A stretch of DNA of 31,795 bases from Candidatus Eiseniibacteriota bacterium (GTDB taxonomy: Bacteria > Eisenbacteria > RBG-16-71-46), in NCBI GenBank assembly GCA_031366795.1, contig JANLOX010000261.1:1-31795 (forward strand), given 5' to 3'. The position numbers and the translations under genes were made by a program. The number at the start of each line of letters is the position of its first letter. Position 1 is the first letter of the stretch. This document shows, one piece after another, positions 17,660 to 26,098 of the stretch. A model generated the notes under the pieces. That model did no database searches. It was not told the origin of the DNA and was given only the letters and a program-made list of their open reading frames with translations.

Positions 17660-18472
17660 ATGACCTTCGTTCGCGCAACCGCATTCGTGATCCTGGCTTC
17701 GCTGCTCATGGCAGCGGCGCCAGCATCCGCGAGTGCAATCGTTCTGGTGAGTGCCCGCGCCGTGCACACAAGCGTGCACCCGCACGCGCGCGCCCATCAC
17801 CATCACGCACGCCATCGCCATGCGACGAACGCCGAACTGCGCGCCGGGTCGCAGCGCCACAACTCGCACTCGCGCAGGGGCAGCCCGACGGTGCCGCGCC
17901 AGCGGCCGGCAGGCCGCGCGCATGCCCTACCGCCGCATGCCTACAACAAGCTTCAGCGCGGCCATGAGCGGGGCGGCGCGCCTTACGCGCTCGGGCTCGC
18001 CAGCCTGAGCCTTGGGCTGTGGACCACGGGCACTTCCCTGTCTGCAACCGAGAACGACCGCGTCACCGATCCACGTCTGGGACACTTGAAGGGCCGGAGT
18101 CCGCCGCGCGGTAACCCGCCTAGCGCGATCGCCAGTTGCTCCGCGTGCGCCATTGCACCCATGCGCGCCCCCGCCGAACCGTTCCGCCCCTCCCGCAGTC
18201 CCAAGCCTGGCGCTGAGCCCCGCGCGAAGGCCCGCCGCGATCCCCGGCCCACCGCTGAGTCCAACGCGACGCCGCGCCCGATTGCCACCCGCATCGCCAC
18301 GACGCCGCGCCGCGATGCGCTGACCGCCACGACTTTGTCGCGTGTGCTTGAGCCTGCCGCGACCCCCAGCGCTCCCAGTTCAATCGCAGTTGCTACTTCC
18401 ATAAACCCCGACCGTGCCTTCGAGGGCAGGGCGGCCGGTCAAACTTTGCCCTCGCGGAGGAAATTCGCATGA
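17660..18472 (+). CDS. Hypothetical exported His-rich, low-complexity protein; possible regulatory leader ORF
   Basis: GAGGA RBS, signal-peptide-like N-terminus, His cluster, RSPP motif; stop overlaps the next start (ATGA); fills an otherwise empty 900-bp gap. Confidence 0.5.
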   Translation: MTFVRATAFVILASLLMAAAPASASAIVLVSARAVHTSVHPHARAHHHHARHRHATNAELRAGSQRHNSHSRRGSPTVPRQRPAGRAHALPPHAYNKLQRGHERGGAPYALGLASLSLGLWTTGTSLSATENDRVTDPRLGHLKGRSPPRGNPPSAIASCSACAIAPMRAPAEPFRPSRSPKPGAEPRAKARRDPRPTAESNATPRPIATRIATTPRRDALTATTLSRVLEPAATPSAPSSIAVATSINPDRAFEGRAAGQTLPSRRKFA

Positions 18473-18816
18473 AGCGTTTTACCGTCTCGCTGGCTGCTGC
18501 AGCCCTGGTCCTGTCGCTCGGTGTCGCCGCTCACGCTAATGAAACGTCGACCACCACCCCGGCCCCGGAGGCCAAGCCGGCCCACCACGGCCATCACCAC
18601 AAGGGCAGCATGGCGAGCAAGGAATCGTCCGCGCTCGACCTGAACAGCGCGTCGAAGGAAGACCTGATGAAGCTGCCGGGCGTCGATGACGCGACCGCGG
18701 ACAAGATCGTCGCCGCGCGTCCGTTCACCATGCGCTCGGAGCTGGTCAAGAAGTCGGTCGTCACGAAGGCCGAGTACGCGAAGATCAAGTCCAAGGTCAC
18801 CGCGAAGAAGTCCTAG
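18469..18816 (+). CDS. Exported helix-hairpin-helix (ComEA-like) DNA-binding protein
   Basis: Signal peptide, LDLNSASKEDLMKLPGVDDATADKIVAARPF; GGAGG RBS. Confidence 0.88.
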   Translation: MKRFTVSLAAAALVLSLGVAAHANETSTTTPAPEAKPAHHGHHHKGSMASKESSALDLNSASKEDLMKLPGVDDATADKIVAARPFTMRSELVKKSVVTKAEYAKIKSKVTAKKS

Positions 18817-19210
18817 TTCCGTCGCAATCCCGTGGGTGCCGGCCCGCATGGGCCGGCGCTCCGTTCAAACTGGAAGGCAAACGGGCACTCGCCTTCCTTG
18901 CAATCCCAACGTGCCCATTGGGAGTCTCACAAATGAAGCGTTTCGCCTCCGCTGCCGCACTCATTGCATTCGCCTCCACGTTGACCGTCATCAGCGCGTT
19001 CGCCGCGCCGGTCGGCACCACGACCACAAAGCACATGCAGGCTGCGACCACGTCCGCTCCGGCGGCCGCGGCGCCTGCGACCGAAGCCGCAAAGCCGATG
19101 GCCAAGGCTTCGAAGACCTCTGCCAAGAAGATGGCGAAGGCCGCTCCGGCCGCGCACACGATGGTCGACCTGAACAGCGCGTCGAAGGAAGACCTGATGA
19201 AGCTGCCGGG
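18635..19210 (+). repeat. Identical 46-bp direct repeat shared by the two HhH genes (18635-18680 and 19165-19210)
   Basis: tcgacctgaacagcgcgtcgaaggaagacctgatgaagctgccggg occurs twice, 530 bp apart. Confidence 0.9.
18836..18859 (+). other. GC-rich hairpin between the two HhH genes
   Basis: GTGCCGGCCC-GCAT-GGGCCGGCGC; a second stem GGAAGGC/GCCTTCC follows at about 18872-18897; no U-tract. Confidence 0.5.
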
Positions 19211-19358
19211 AATCGGCGATGCGATCGCGGACAAGATCGTCGCCGGCCGGCCGTACAAGGCGAAGTCGGAACTGTTGAAGAACAAGACGGTCAACGCTCC
19301 GACGTACTCGAAGATCAAGGGTTGGGTCGTCGCGAAGCAGGCGCCGGCCACCAAGTAG
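18933..19358 (+). CDS. Exported helix-hairpin-helix (ComEA-like) DNA-binding protein, paralogue 2
   Basis: GGAG RBS then ATG 18933 (MKRFASAA signal peptide), Ala/Lys-rich linker, VDLNSASKEDLMKLPGIGDAIADKIVAGRPY. Confidence 0.88.
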   Translation: MKRFASAAALIAFASTLTVISAFAAPVGTTTTKHMQAATTSAPAAAAPATEAAKPMAKASKTSAKKMAKAAPAAHTMVDLNSASKEDLMKLPGIGDAIADKIVAGRPYKAKSELLKNKTVNAPTYSKIKGWVVAKQAPATK

Positions 19359-19370
19359 TACCGCGAACTT

Positions 19371-19420
19371 CAGCGAACGGCCCCGAAACCCATGGAAGGG
19401 ATTCGGGGCCGCGCTGTTTT
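19371..19420 (+). terminator. Rho-independent terminator after the HhH genes
   Basis: CAGCG..CGGCCCCGAA...TTCGGGGCCG-CGCTG stem followed by TTTTCGTTCTT. Confidence 0.7.
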
Positions 19421-19486
19421 CGTTCTTGCTTGGTGTCGTCTAACCCCCCAGCGGACGGGAGGAGCTAACTCCCAGAGTGCGAAACC

Positions 19487-21598
19487 CTAAGGCAGGATCT
19501 CTACCCTGATGATCTTGTCGCCTTGGACGACTTGGCCTACTACATCATCCATGCCTTGGATGACATGCGCAAAAATCGTGTAGCGGCCGTCCAGGTGGGG
19601 TTGCGGGGAATGGGTGATGAACCATTGGCTGCCGCCGGTGTCCTTGCCGGAGAGGGCCATCCCTACTTGACCGGCGTCGTAGTGCTGCATGTTGTATTCA
19701 CAGCGGATGGTGTAGCCGGGGCCGCCGGAGCCAGTGCCTGTTGGGTCGCCGTCTTGGATCACGAAATCGGGGACCACGCGGTGGACCAGGTCGCCGTCGA
19801 AGTAGCCGCGCTGGGCGAGGCGCACGAAGTTTCGCACGGTTTGCGGGGCTTCATGGGGGTAGAAGGCCCACACGATGTCGCCGCGCGTGGTGAAAATGAC
19901 GGCGCCTTTCGCGGTGGGATCGCGGAAGAACTCTTCATCGTGGACAGCGGGTGATGCCACGCGCGAGGGCGCGGCGTGTTCGAGACGGTCGGCGGCCTTA
20001 GCGCGGCCCAGCGTCTTGAGGGCATCGATGATCGACAGGCGCGCATCGGGCCCTAAGTCGTTCACATGAGTGGCGTATGCGCGCGTCAGAATTCCGGCGC
20101 TCGCGGTGTCGCCCAGGGCGCCGAGCGCCGAGGCGCACGAGGCGACGACCAGCACTGAGGTGTCGGCAAGGCCGGCGGTGAGACGCGCGGCGGCGCCTAA
20201 GTCGTGACGGTCGCCCATGACTTCGGCAGACGTGGCGCGTTCGAATACGGTGGCGTTCGCCGCCAACCGCTCGGCGAGGATGGCGGCGGGTTCGCCGCCC
20301 GTGGGCAGTGCGCGAAGGGCCTCGAGCACGGCGATGCGTACGTAGACCACGGGGTCTTCAAGCAGCGGCCGCACGGCGGGAAGCTCGCTGATGCCGCGCC
20401 GCGTGAGCAGCGCGCGCGCCGAAGCGCCACGCGTTGCGGCGTCGGGATCGCGCAAGTGGGAACGCAGCGAATCGGCGAGCCGCAATTGTAGCGCCGAGTC
20501 CGCGCGCACCCAGGCGAAGCGCTCCGCCAGCGCGGTCGCGGCGGTGACGCGCACGTAGGGATGCGGATGCGACAACGCCTTGAGCACGCTTGTGGGGCAC
20601 GACGAACAGGTGGTGTCGCCGATCATCTGGATCCCGCGCAGCGCGTTGACCACCACGGATTCGTTGGCGTCATCGAGCGCGTTGATCAAGTAGGCGACGC
20701 CGCGCACGCTCTTCTGGCGGCCGATCGTACGCGCGGCGTGCGCACGCACCAGCTCCTCGGGATCCGAGAGCTGGAGGGCAGCGCGCAGGACGATGCGTTC
20801 GGGCGCCACGATCTTCTCGAGCGCCCACAGCACCCGCCAGCGCACCTGCGGATCGGTGTCGTTGAGCTGCGCGAGCAGCGGATCGACGGCCGTGGAATCG
20901 GCGAGCCGCCACAACGCCACCGCCGCGGCCGCGCGCACTTCCGTATTGGGAGCGGCCAGCGCGTGGGTGACGACCGAGGTCGCGGCGTGATCGCCGAGCT
21001 TGCCCAATGCCTCGAGCGCCAACGCGCGCAATGGCTCACCCGCACTGGAGGCGAGCGCCAGCAGCGCCGGACGCGCCGAGCGATGGCCGATCTGCCCGAG
21101 CGCGAACACCGCCTCGCGGCGGACGGCGAGACTCGAATCGATCACCAGCGGCAAGAGTGCCATGACCGTGGTGGAGTCCTGCAGCCGGCCCACGGCGCGC
21201 ACCGCGCGCGCGCGCACGACGGCATCGGGATGCTTGAGGTAGACGCCGAGCCCACTGCTGCTCCACTTGCGCTCGTCTTCCAGAATGGCGATAGCGCGCA
21301 GCGGCGCCGTCTCGCTGACGGTGATGCGCCCGGGAGCCGGCCTCGGCGCGGGCTTGTGCGACGCGGGCGTCGAGGGCGCCGCGGGCGCCGCGGGCGCCGC
21401 AGGCGCCGCAGGCGCGGGCGCCAGGGTGGCGGGCGCGGGGCGGGACGCCGCGCTGCCGGTCGCGGCCTTGCGCGCGATGGGCGTCGCCGGGGCCGCGAGG
21501 GCCTGCGTCGACGTCGACGCAAGCATCAACGCCAGCCAAAACCCCAGTGCGCACACGTAGGACACGCGAAGCTGCGGACACGCGAGTCTCGAATCCAT
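19487..21598 (-). CDS. Exported HEAT-repeat protein fused to a cyclophilin-type PPIase
   Basis: Repeated D..VR..A..ALG units, then APQTVRNFVRLA.RGYFDG, HRVVPDFVIQ.GDP.GTGSGGPGY, DTGGSQWFIT..PQPHLDGRYT.F. ATG 21598 has a GGAGG RBS; the ORF track starts at 21637. Confidence 0.9.
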   Translation of the reverse strand: MDSRLACPQLRVSYVCALGFWLALMLASTSTQALAAPATPIARKAATGSAASRPAPATLAPAPAAPAAPAAPAAPSTPASHKPAPRPAPGRITVSETAPLRAIAILEDERKWSSSGLGVYLKHPDAVVRARAVRAVGRLQDSTTVMALLPLVIDSSLAVRREAVFALGQIGHRSARPALLALASSAGEPLRALALEALGKLGDHAATSVVTHALAAPNTEVRAAAAVALWRLADSTAVDPLLAQLNDTDPQVRWRVLWALEKIVAPERIVLRAALQLSDPEELVRAHAARTIGRQKSVRGVAYLINALDDANESVVVNALRGIQMIGDTTCSSCPTSVLKALSHPHPYVRVTAATALAERFAWVRADSALQLRLADSLRSHLRDPDAATRGASARALLTRRGISELPAVRPLLEDPVVYVRIAVLEALRALPTGGEPAAILAERLAANATVFERATSAEVMGDRHDLGAAARLTAGLADTSVLVVASCASALGALGDTASAGILTRAYATHVNDLGPDARLSIIDALKTLGRAKAADRLEHAAPSRVASPAVHDEEFFRDPTAKGAVIFTTRGDIVWAFYPHEAPQTVRNFVRLAQRGYFDGDLVHRVVPDFVIQDGDPTGTGSGGPGYTIRCEYNMQHYDAGQVGMALSGKDTGGSQWFITHSPQPHLDGRYTIFAHVIQGMDDVVGQVVQGDKIIRVEILP

Positions 21599-21703
21599 GC
21601 CTGCCTCCCCAAAGGACAGCGGCCACTCATCGCTCATCGGGCCGGGGCGCTCAGCTGCGCGCCGGCGCCGCGAGAGTAGCGGGGCACACGGTTGTCGGCC
21701 AGC

Positions 21704-21732
21704 CCGCTAAGGCGTGTGCCGCTAAGGCGTGT
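21704..21732. repeat. 14-bp tandem duplication spanning the C25 gene stop codon
   Basis: ccgctaaggcgtgt at 21704-21717 and 21719-21732. Confidence 0.75.
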
Positions 21733-24700
21733 TGGAGGAGCTCTGCTCGACGGCGCGGCGCGGGCGGCGGAGCTTGATCAGCCGGCCCTCGAACTGATCC
21801 GATGAGGTACCGTTGCTCGCCACGATGCGCACGAGGTACAGGCCATTGGCGATTGGCTGGCCCTCGGCATCGGTGCCGTCCCAGGGAAGCTGCTGGTAGC
21901 CCGGTTGCACGGCGTGATCGGTGCGGCGGTAGATCAACCGTCCGGCAACGGTGTACACACGGATCTGGACGTCGGCCGGGGTGGGACTGACGAGGCGGAA
22001 GCTGAAGTTCGTCCCGCGCACGTCGTCGAAGGGATTCGGGAACGCCAGCGTGTTGCGCAGCGAGACCTTGTCGCCGCCCGCATCGACGACGAACACGTGC
22101 GCGACGGTGCCGCCGCCCTGCGCGGTCGTCTCAACGCGATAGTCGCCCGCACTGAAATCAGCATGCGGCAGCGTGAGCGTCCATTCGCGATTCGTCGTGT
22201 CCCCATTGGCCGCGGCGAAGCCGAACGTCACCGGCACGTTGTTGAGCGTCACGGTGAGCCCCGCGGGCAACGTGAGCGGCGCAGGCGACAACACCGTCAG
22301 GGTCAGCACCGAGTTGCGGCCCACGGACTCGCCCTCGCCCAACGGGGCGCCGTCCGCGCGCAGCACGGTCTGGAACGGGAAGAGCGCATCGAATCGCTCG
22401 GCCACGCCGTAGCGGTCGGTCGTGCGGATCGTATAAGTGTAGCTGTCCGGCGTGAGGCTCGTGCGGTAGGTCAGGTGGAAGCGCCTGCCCCCGTGGCTTG
22501 CGGCACCACTGTCGGTCAGCGCGGGAGTGAGCGTATAGGCTGAAGGGTCCAGGGTCGTCGTCACCCCCGCCAACGTCCGGTCGAGCGCGATCGAGGCGAG
22601 CCGCACGTTGGACACGAGATCCGCTTCGAGCCGCAGCGTGTCGCCGACGGTGCGCAGGCGCACCGGGGCGCCTGTGCTCACCGGCAGGGTATTCGCGGTC
22701 ACCACCGACTGCGGGGCGCCCATGGTGATGCGCGTCATCGGGTCGCCGAGCAACTGGTAGCTGATGCCGACATCGGCTTCCCAACCGGACTTCACCTGGG
22801 CGTTGCGGAACAGCGTGAGCGCCACGGACTCGCCGAGGATCACACGCGAGCCGCCCGACCCCAAGTAGGGATCGCGCGGCGGATCGATGAACAGTGCGCG
22901 CGCGAACTGCTGCGTCAGGTGGTTGAAGTAGTCACCCGGCAGCAATTCATACCCGCTCGAAGCCCACGACGCGATCGCCCCCTTGCCCGGCAGCGTGACC
23001 ATCTCCTCGCCCAGCGAAGGCCCGATGGGTCCCCCCTCGATCACCACGCCGAAGGCGTTCGGGTGACACGAGAAGGCGCTGAACAGGAACGGCTTGTCGA
23101 CGTTGTTGAACAACTGCAGGTCGTCGATCGAGGAGTTCTTGTAAAGGTCTTCGTGCGTGAGCACGTAGGGGTTGGCGTGGCCCTCAAAATTCCACCACAC
23201 GCGGCCTTCATTGAGGTGCTGCATCAGCTGCGGCGTGACATTGAGGTGGCAATAGTCCTGGGTCGCGCGCCAGTCCGTGCGACAGGTGCCGAAGCCGGGA
23301 TCATCATAGGTCGGGACGCCCGCGAGGTAGTCGGCGAGCGTGAACATCTCGATGTCTGAGGCCGGATAGCCACCCGGGCCCTCGAGCTCACCGCGCGTCA
23401 CATCGTTGAGCGTGAAGAACGCGGCCTCGTCCGACTTCAGGCAATACGCCGGGCCGCCGCCGCTGCCGAAGAACGATTGCGTCGAGAACTGGTCGTCGGA
23501 GCACAACATGATCTTGCGCCGCCACGCCTGGTCGGGCTGGACGTCGTCGTACTTGATCAGCTTATCGACCATCGAGACGGCCTGTTCCGGCGTCGACACC
23601 GGCAGACGGCCAATGAACATGTCCTGCAGGTATTTCCCGGTCAGCGAGCAGCCGCCATCGAGGCACCACACGTACCACGGGTCACTCGGCACCGATTCAT
23701 AGACGGTGGTCTGCACCTCGGGGATGCCGACCGGCGCGGCGATGCGCTGCGCCGGGACCAGATCGGGGCCGGCCGTACCCATCTGGTTGAGCGGGTCCTC
23801 GCTGCCATCGCCCATCAGCGTCACGAACTTGGCGCCCCATGTGTCGTAGCTGTACTTGACCAGGCGCTTGACCGAGTAGGACGACTTGCGGCCGCCGTTG
23901 AACTCGTCGTTGACGGCCTCGAGCGGGCAGACCAGTACGCGCAGGCCCTGCGTGCGCCGATGCGCAGCCAACCGCTCGGCCGAGGGAAGGAGAATCTCCG
24001 GCGCGATGATCAAGGCGTCCTGCGCCCCGCGGCCGGCGAGATTCTGCCGCGTCACCGTGAAGAACTTCGTGGCAGGCAGCGTCACCGGCACGTCGAAGGC
24101 GACATAGCGCCGCAGCGCCCCGCTCGGGCTCGTGTCCTGGAAGCGCACGGTGTAGGGCGCCGCGCCCGTGGAGATCAGCGAATCGGCCAGCACCAACCGC
24201 ACCGGCGCCAGCGAGTCGGTGACATCCCACACACGAATGTTGCGCGTGCCGAAATTGCTGCCGTTGATCTGGAACGCACCGGCTGCAGAGTCGCTATTGC
24301 AACGCAGCTGGCCGGCCATCGCCTTGTAGCGGCGCGCATAGCCGATCTCGTACCAATTGATGCCGGCGTTCATGATGTTGCCGATCGAGGTCAGCGTCTT
24401 GCCGAACATGCGGATGGCGTTGTTCTTGCCGTTGGTGAACGAAGTGCCGGGCACCGAACGGCGCGCCGTGTTCGTGCTGCGCCCCCGCCACTGCGTCGAG
24501 TCGATCGCCATCGTCCAGGTGCCCGCGGCATTGCGCACCTCGGCGTAGGCGATGTGCGTCGCGGGACCGCCGATGACCGTGGACTTGAGACCCACCCACT
24601 GCACTCCCACCTCGAGCCGTCGCGTGACGTCGATGTCGTTGATCTCGAACGGGTAGGTATCGGTGAACGCCGGATCGTTGCGATCGTAGAGGCCGACGCC

Positions 24701-26005
24701 AGTCCACAGGAACTGGTCGGTGTTGGTGTCCGACTCGGCGGGAACATTCGGCGGAAAGCCCGGGTTGAAGACGTTCACGTAGAACGTCGTCTTCTCGTAG
24801 TCCTGGACCGTGCGGAACGACGACAGTGGTGTCAGCGCCGGGCCGTTCCAGCCCGAACGCTGCGCTACGCGCGCGCCGGGGCGGCTGCTCAGGTAGGTCG
24901 CGAACACCGCTTCGGCGTCGCCCCAGGCGCGCTGCGCGATCGAGGCGCGCGAGCGTTCGGCCCAGTTTTGCACGAACACGACGATGCGATCGGTGTTGTT
25001 GAATACGCCATCGCTGTTGCGATCGTCCACCTCGATCGGCAATTCGATCGTGGCGTAGGCGGGATTGCCGCCCGCGACGAACTCGTGACGGTGGACACTG
25101 AGCTGCGAAATGGTGATCCCCGCCGGGAATCCCGCGGCGGACAGGTTGGCGAAGGTCAGCGCGTACACGCCCGTCGTGTCGACGAGGCAGCGCACCTCGG
25201 AGTTGTCTTCATCGAAGCCCGCGACGGCCGAGGTCCCTGCAGCCGCTTTGGCACCCAGGCTCGAAGCGTTCGCGCGGCGCATCAACTCGGAAGCGGGAAG
25301 CGTCGCGCTCTTGAGCGGCGTCCCCCACGAGCGCGCGGCGTCGAAGTTGAGCACTGCCCGCTCGAGCACGGCGTCGAACTGGCGGTCCTCGACCGGGGGG
25401 GCGGCGGCCGCGCGCAATGCGGCGGGCGTAACGCCGGCGAAGTCCAGGCGCACCGTCATCGAACGCCGCGACCACACGGTGCCGCTCGCTTCGTCGTAGC
25501 GCACCGGACGCACACGCAGCGTCACCATCCGCTGGCGGCGGACCGTGAAGGGGTCGCTGAGTTCGATTGCCGAGGTCGGCCAGGGCCCATCGGCGATCGC
25601 CGCAATGCGATCCACGATGGGCACGAGCCCCAGCTTGCCGGCGTCATCGCGGAAGCCGGGCTTGCCACCCACCACCAGCTTCACGCCCGAGCGGACGTCC
25701 TCCGCTCCGGAGTCGATCAGGCGAGCGCTCACCCGCGCTCCCGGCGGCAAGGCGATCAGCCCCGCCGCGATCGGCAGCGAGGGCCGCCCGGGGTCACCCG
25801 CGGCATCGAGCCCCGCTACACTGACGCGCACGCGGCCATCAGGGCCGGCAGTGCCCCACTCAAGCGCAGGCACCTCGACGCGCACGGTGATGCCGTGGAC
25901 ATCGGAACTGACGATCTGGAGCCCTGCTGCGTGGGCGCCGGGGGTGCCAACCATCCACAGGGCGAACGTCAGCGCCAAGCGTCGGGTACTGCGGGAGAGC
26001 AGCAT
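21722..26005 (-). CDS. C25 (gingipain-family) cysteine peptidase, PorU-like sortase, with C-terminal FlgD-Ig/T9SS-type domain
   Basis: Signal peptide, propeptide-like GDPGRPSLP, VDTTGVYAL, L.GDGS.D, SDPWY, IGRLP, catalytic NFEGHAN and FSC, LLGDP, tail FPNPF...WDGTD..G..IANGLYL. Confidence 0.88.
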   Translation of the reverse strand: MLLSRSTRRLALTFALWMVGTPGAHAAGLQIVSSDVHGITVRVEVPALEWGTAGPDGRVRVSVAGLDAAGDPGRPSLPIAAGLIALPPGARVSARLIDSGAEDVRSGVKLVVGGKPGFRDDAGKLGLVPIVDRIAAIADGPWPTSAIELSDPFTVRRQRMVTLRVRPVRYDEASGTVWSRRSMTVRLDFAGVTPAALRAAAAPPVEDRQFDAVLERAVLNFDAARSWGTPLKSATLPASELMRRANASSLGAKAAAGTSAVAGFDEDNSEVRCLVDTTGVYALTFANLSAAGFPAGITISQLSVHRHEFVAGGNPAYATIELPIEVDDRNSDGVFNNTDRIVVFVQNWAERSRASIAQRAWGDAEAVFATYLSSRPGARVAQRSGWNGPALTPLSSFRTVQDYEKTTFYVNVFNPGFPPNVPAESDTNTDQFLWTGVGLYDRNDPAFTDTYPFEINDIDVTRRLEVGVQWVGLKSTVIGGPATHIAYAEVRNAAGTWTMAIDSTQWRGRSTNTARRSVPGTSFTNGKNNAIRMFGKTLTSIGNIMNAGINWYEIGYARRYKAMAGQLRCNSDSAAGAFQINGSNFGTRNIRVWDVTDSLAPVRLVLADSLISTGAAPYTVRFQDTSPSGALRRYVAFDVPVTLPATKFFTVTRQNLAGRGAQDALIIAPEILLPSAERLAAHRRTQGLRVLVCPLEAVNDEFNGGRKSSYSVKRLVKYSYDTWGAKFVTLMGDGSEDPLNQMGTAGPDLVPAQRIAAPVGIPEVQTTVYESVPSDPWYVWCLDGGCSLTGKYLQDMFIGRLPVSTPEQAVSMVDKLIKYDDVQPDQAWRRKIMLCSDDQFSTQSFFGSGGGPAYCLKSDEAAFFTLNDVTRGELEGPGGYPASDIEMFTLADYLAGVPTYDDPGFGTCRTDWRATQDYCHLNVTPQLMQHLNEGRVWWNFEGHANPYVLTHEDLYKNSSIDDLQLFNNVDKPFLFSAFSCHPNAFGVVIEGGPIGPSLGEEMVTLPGKGAIASWASSGYELLPGDYFNHLTQQFARALFIDPPRDPYLGSGGSRVILGESVALTLFRNAQVKSGWEADVGISYQLLGDPMTRITMGAPQSVVTANTLPVSTGAPVRLRTVGDTLRLEADLVSNVRLASIALDRTLAGVTTTLDPSAYTLTPALTDSGAASHGGRRFHLTYRTSLTPDSYTYTIRTTDRYGVAERFDALFPFQTVLRADGAPLGEGESVGRNSVLTLTVLSPAPLTLPAGLTVTLNNVPVTFGFAAANGDTTNREWTLTLPHADFSAGDYRVETTAQGGGTVAHVFVVDAGGDKVSLRNTLAFPNPFDDVRGTNFSFRLVSPTPADVQIRVYTVAGRLIYRRTDHAVQPGYQQLPWDGTDAEGQPIANGLYLVRIVASNGTSSDQFEGRLIKLRRPRRAVEQSSSNTP

Positions 26006-26016
26006 AGGAGAACCTG

Positions 26017-26062
26017 AGTCTAGGGACTGCGCGGGAACAGGGTCAAACGTGAGTGGTACGAT
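26017..26062. promoter_or_regulatory. Divergent promoters for the C25 gene and the parvulin-like gene
   Basis: Minus strand TTGACC(26046-26041)-18-TAGACT(26022-26017); plus strand extended -10 TGgTACGAT (26054-26062). Confidence 0.45.
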
Positions 26063-26098
26063 CGGCCGATACAGGAGTCAGACCTCAGGGAGGGGGAC

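Noticed and set aside
18635..19210. 46-bp repeat pair considered as CRISPR or mobile-element ends
   Set aside because: Only two copies, both in-frame within paralogous HhH domains; no cas or transposase genes.
19421..19486. Small GGGAG/CTCCC hairpin between convergent genes considered as an ncRNA
   Set aside because: Only a 5-bp stem, with no match to an RNA family I recognise.
21374..21423. 9-bp GC-rich tandem repeats, and a 12-bp repeat near 8788-8815
   Set aside because: In-frame Ala/Pro linker codons, not a CRISPR array or a phase-variable tract.
23477..26017. 846-aa plus-strand ORF
   Set aside because: Antisense shadow of the C25 gene.
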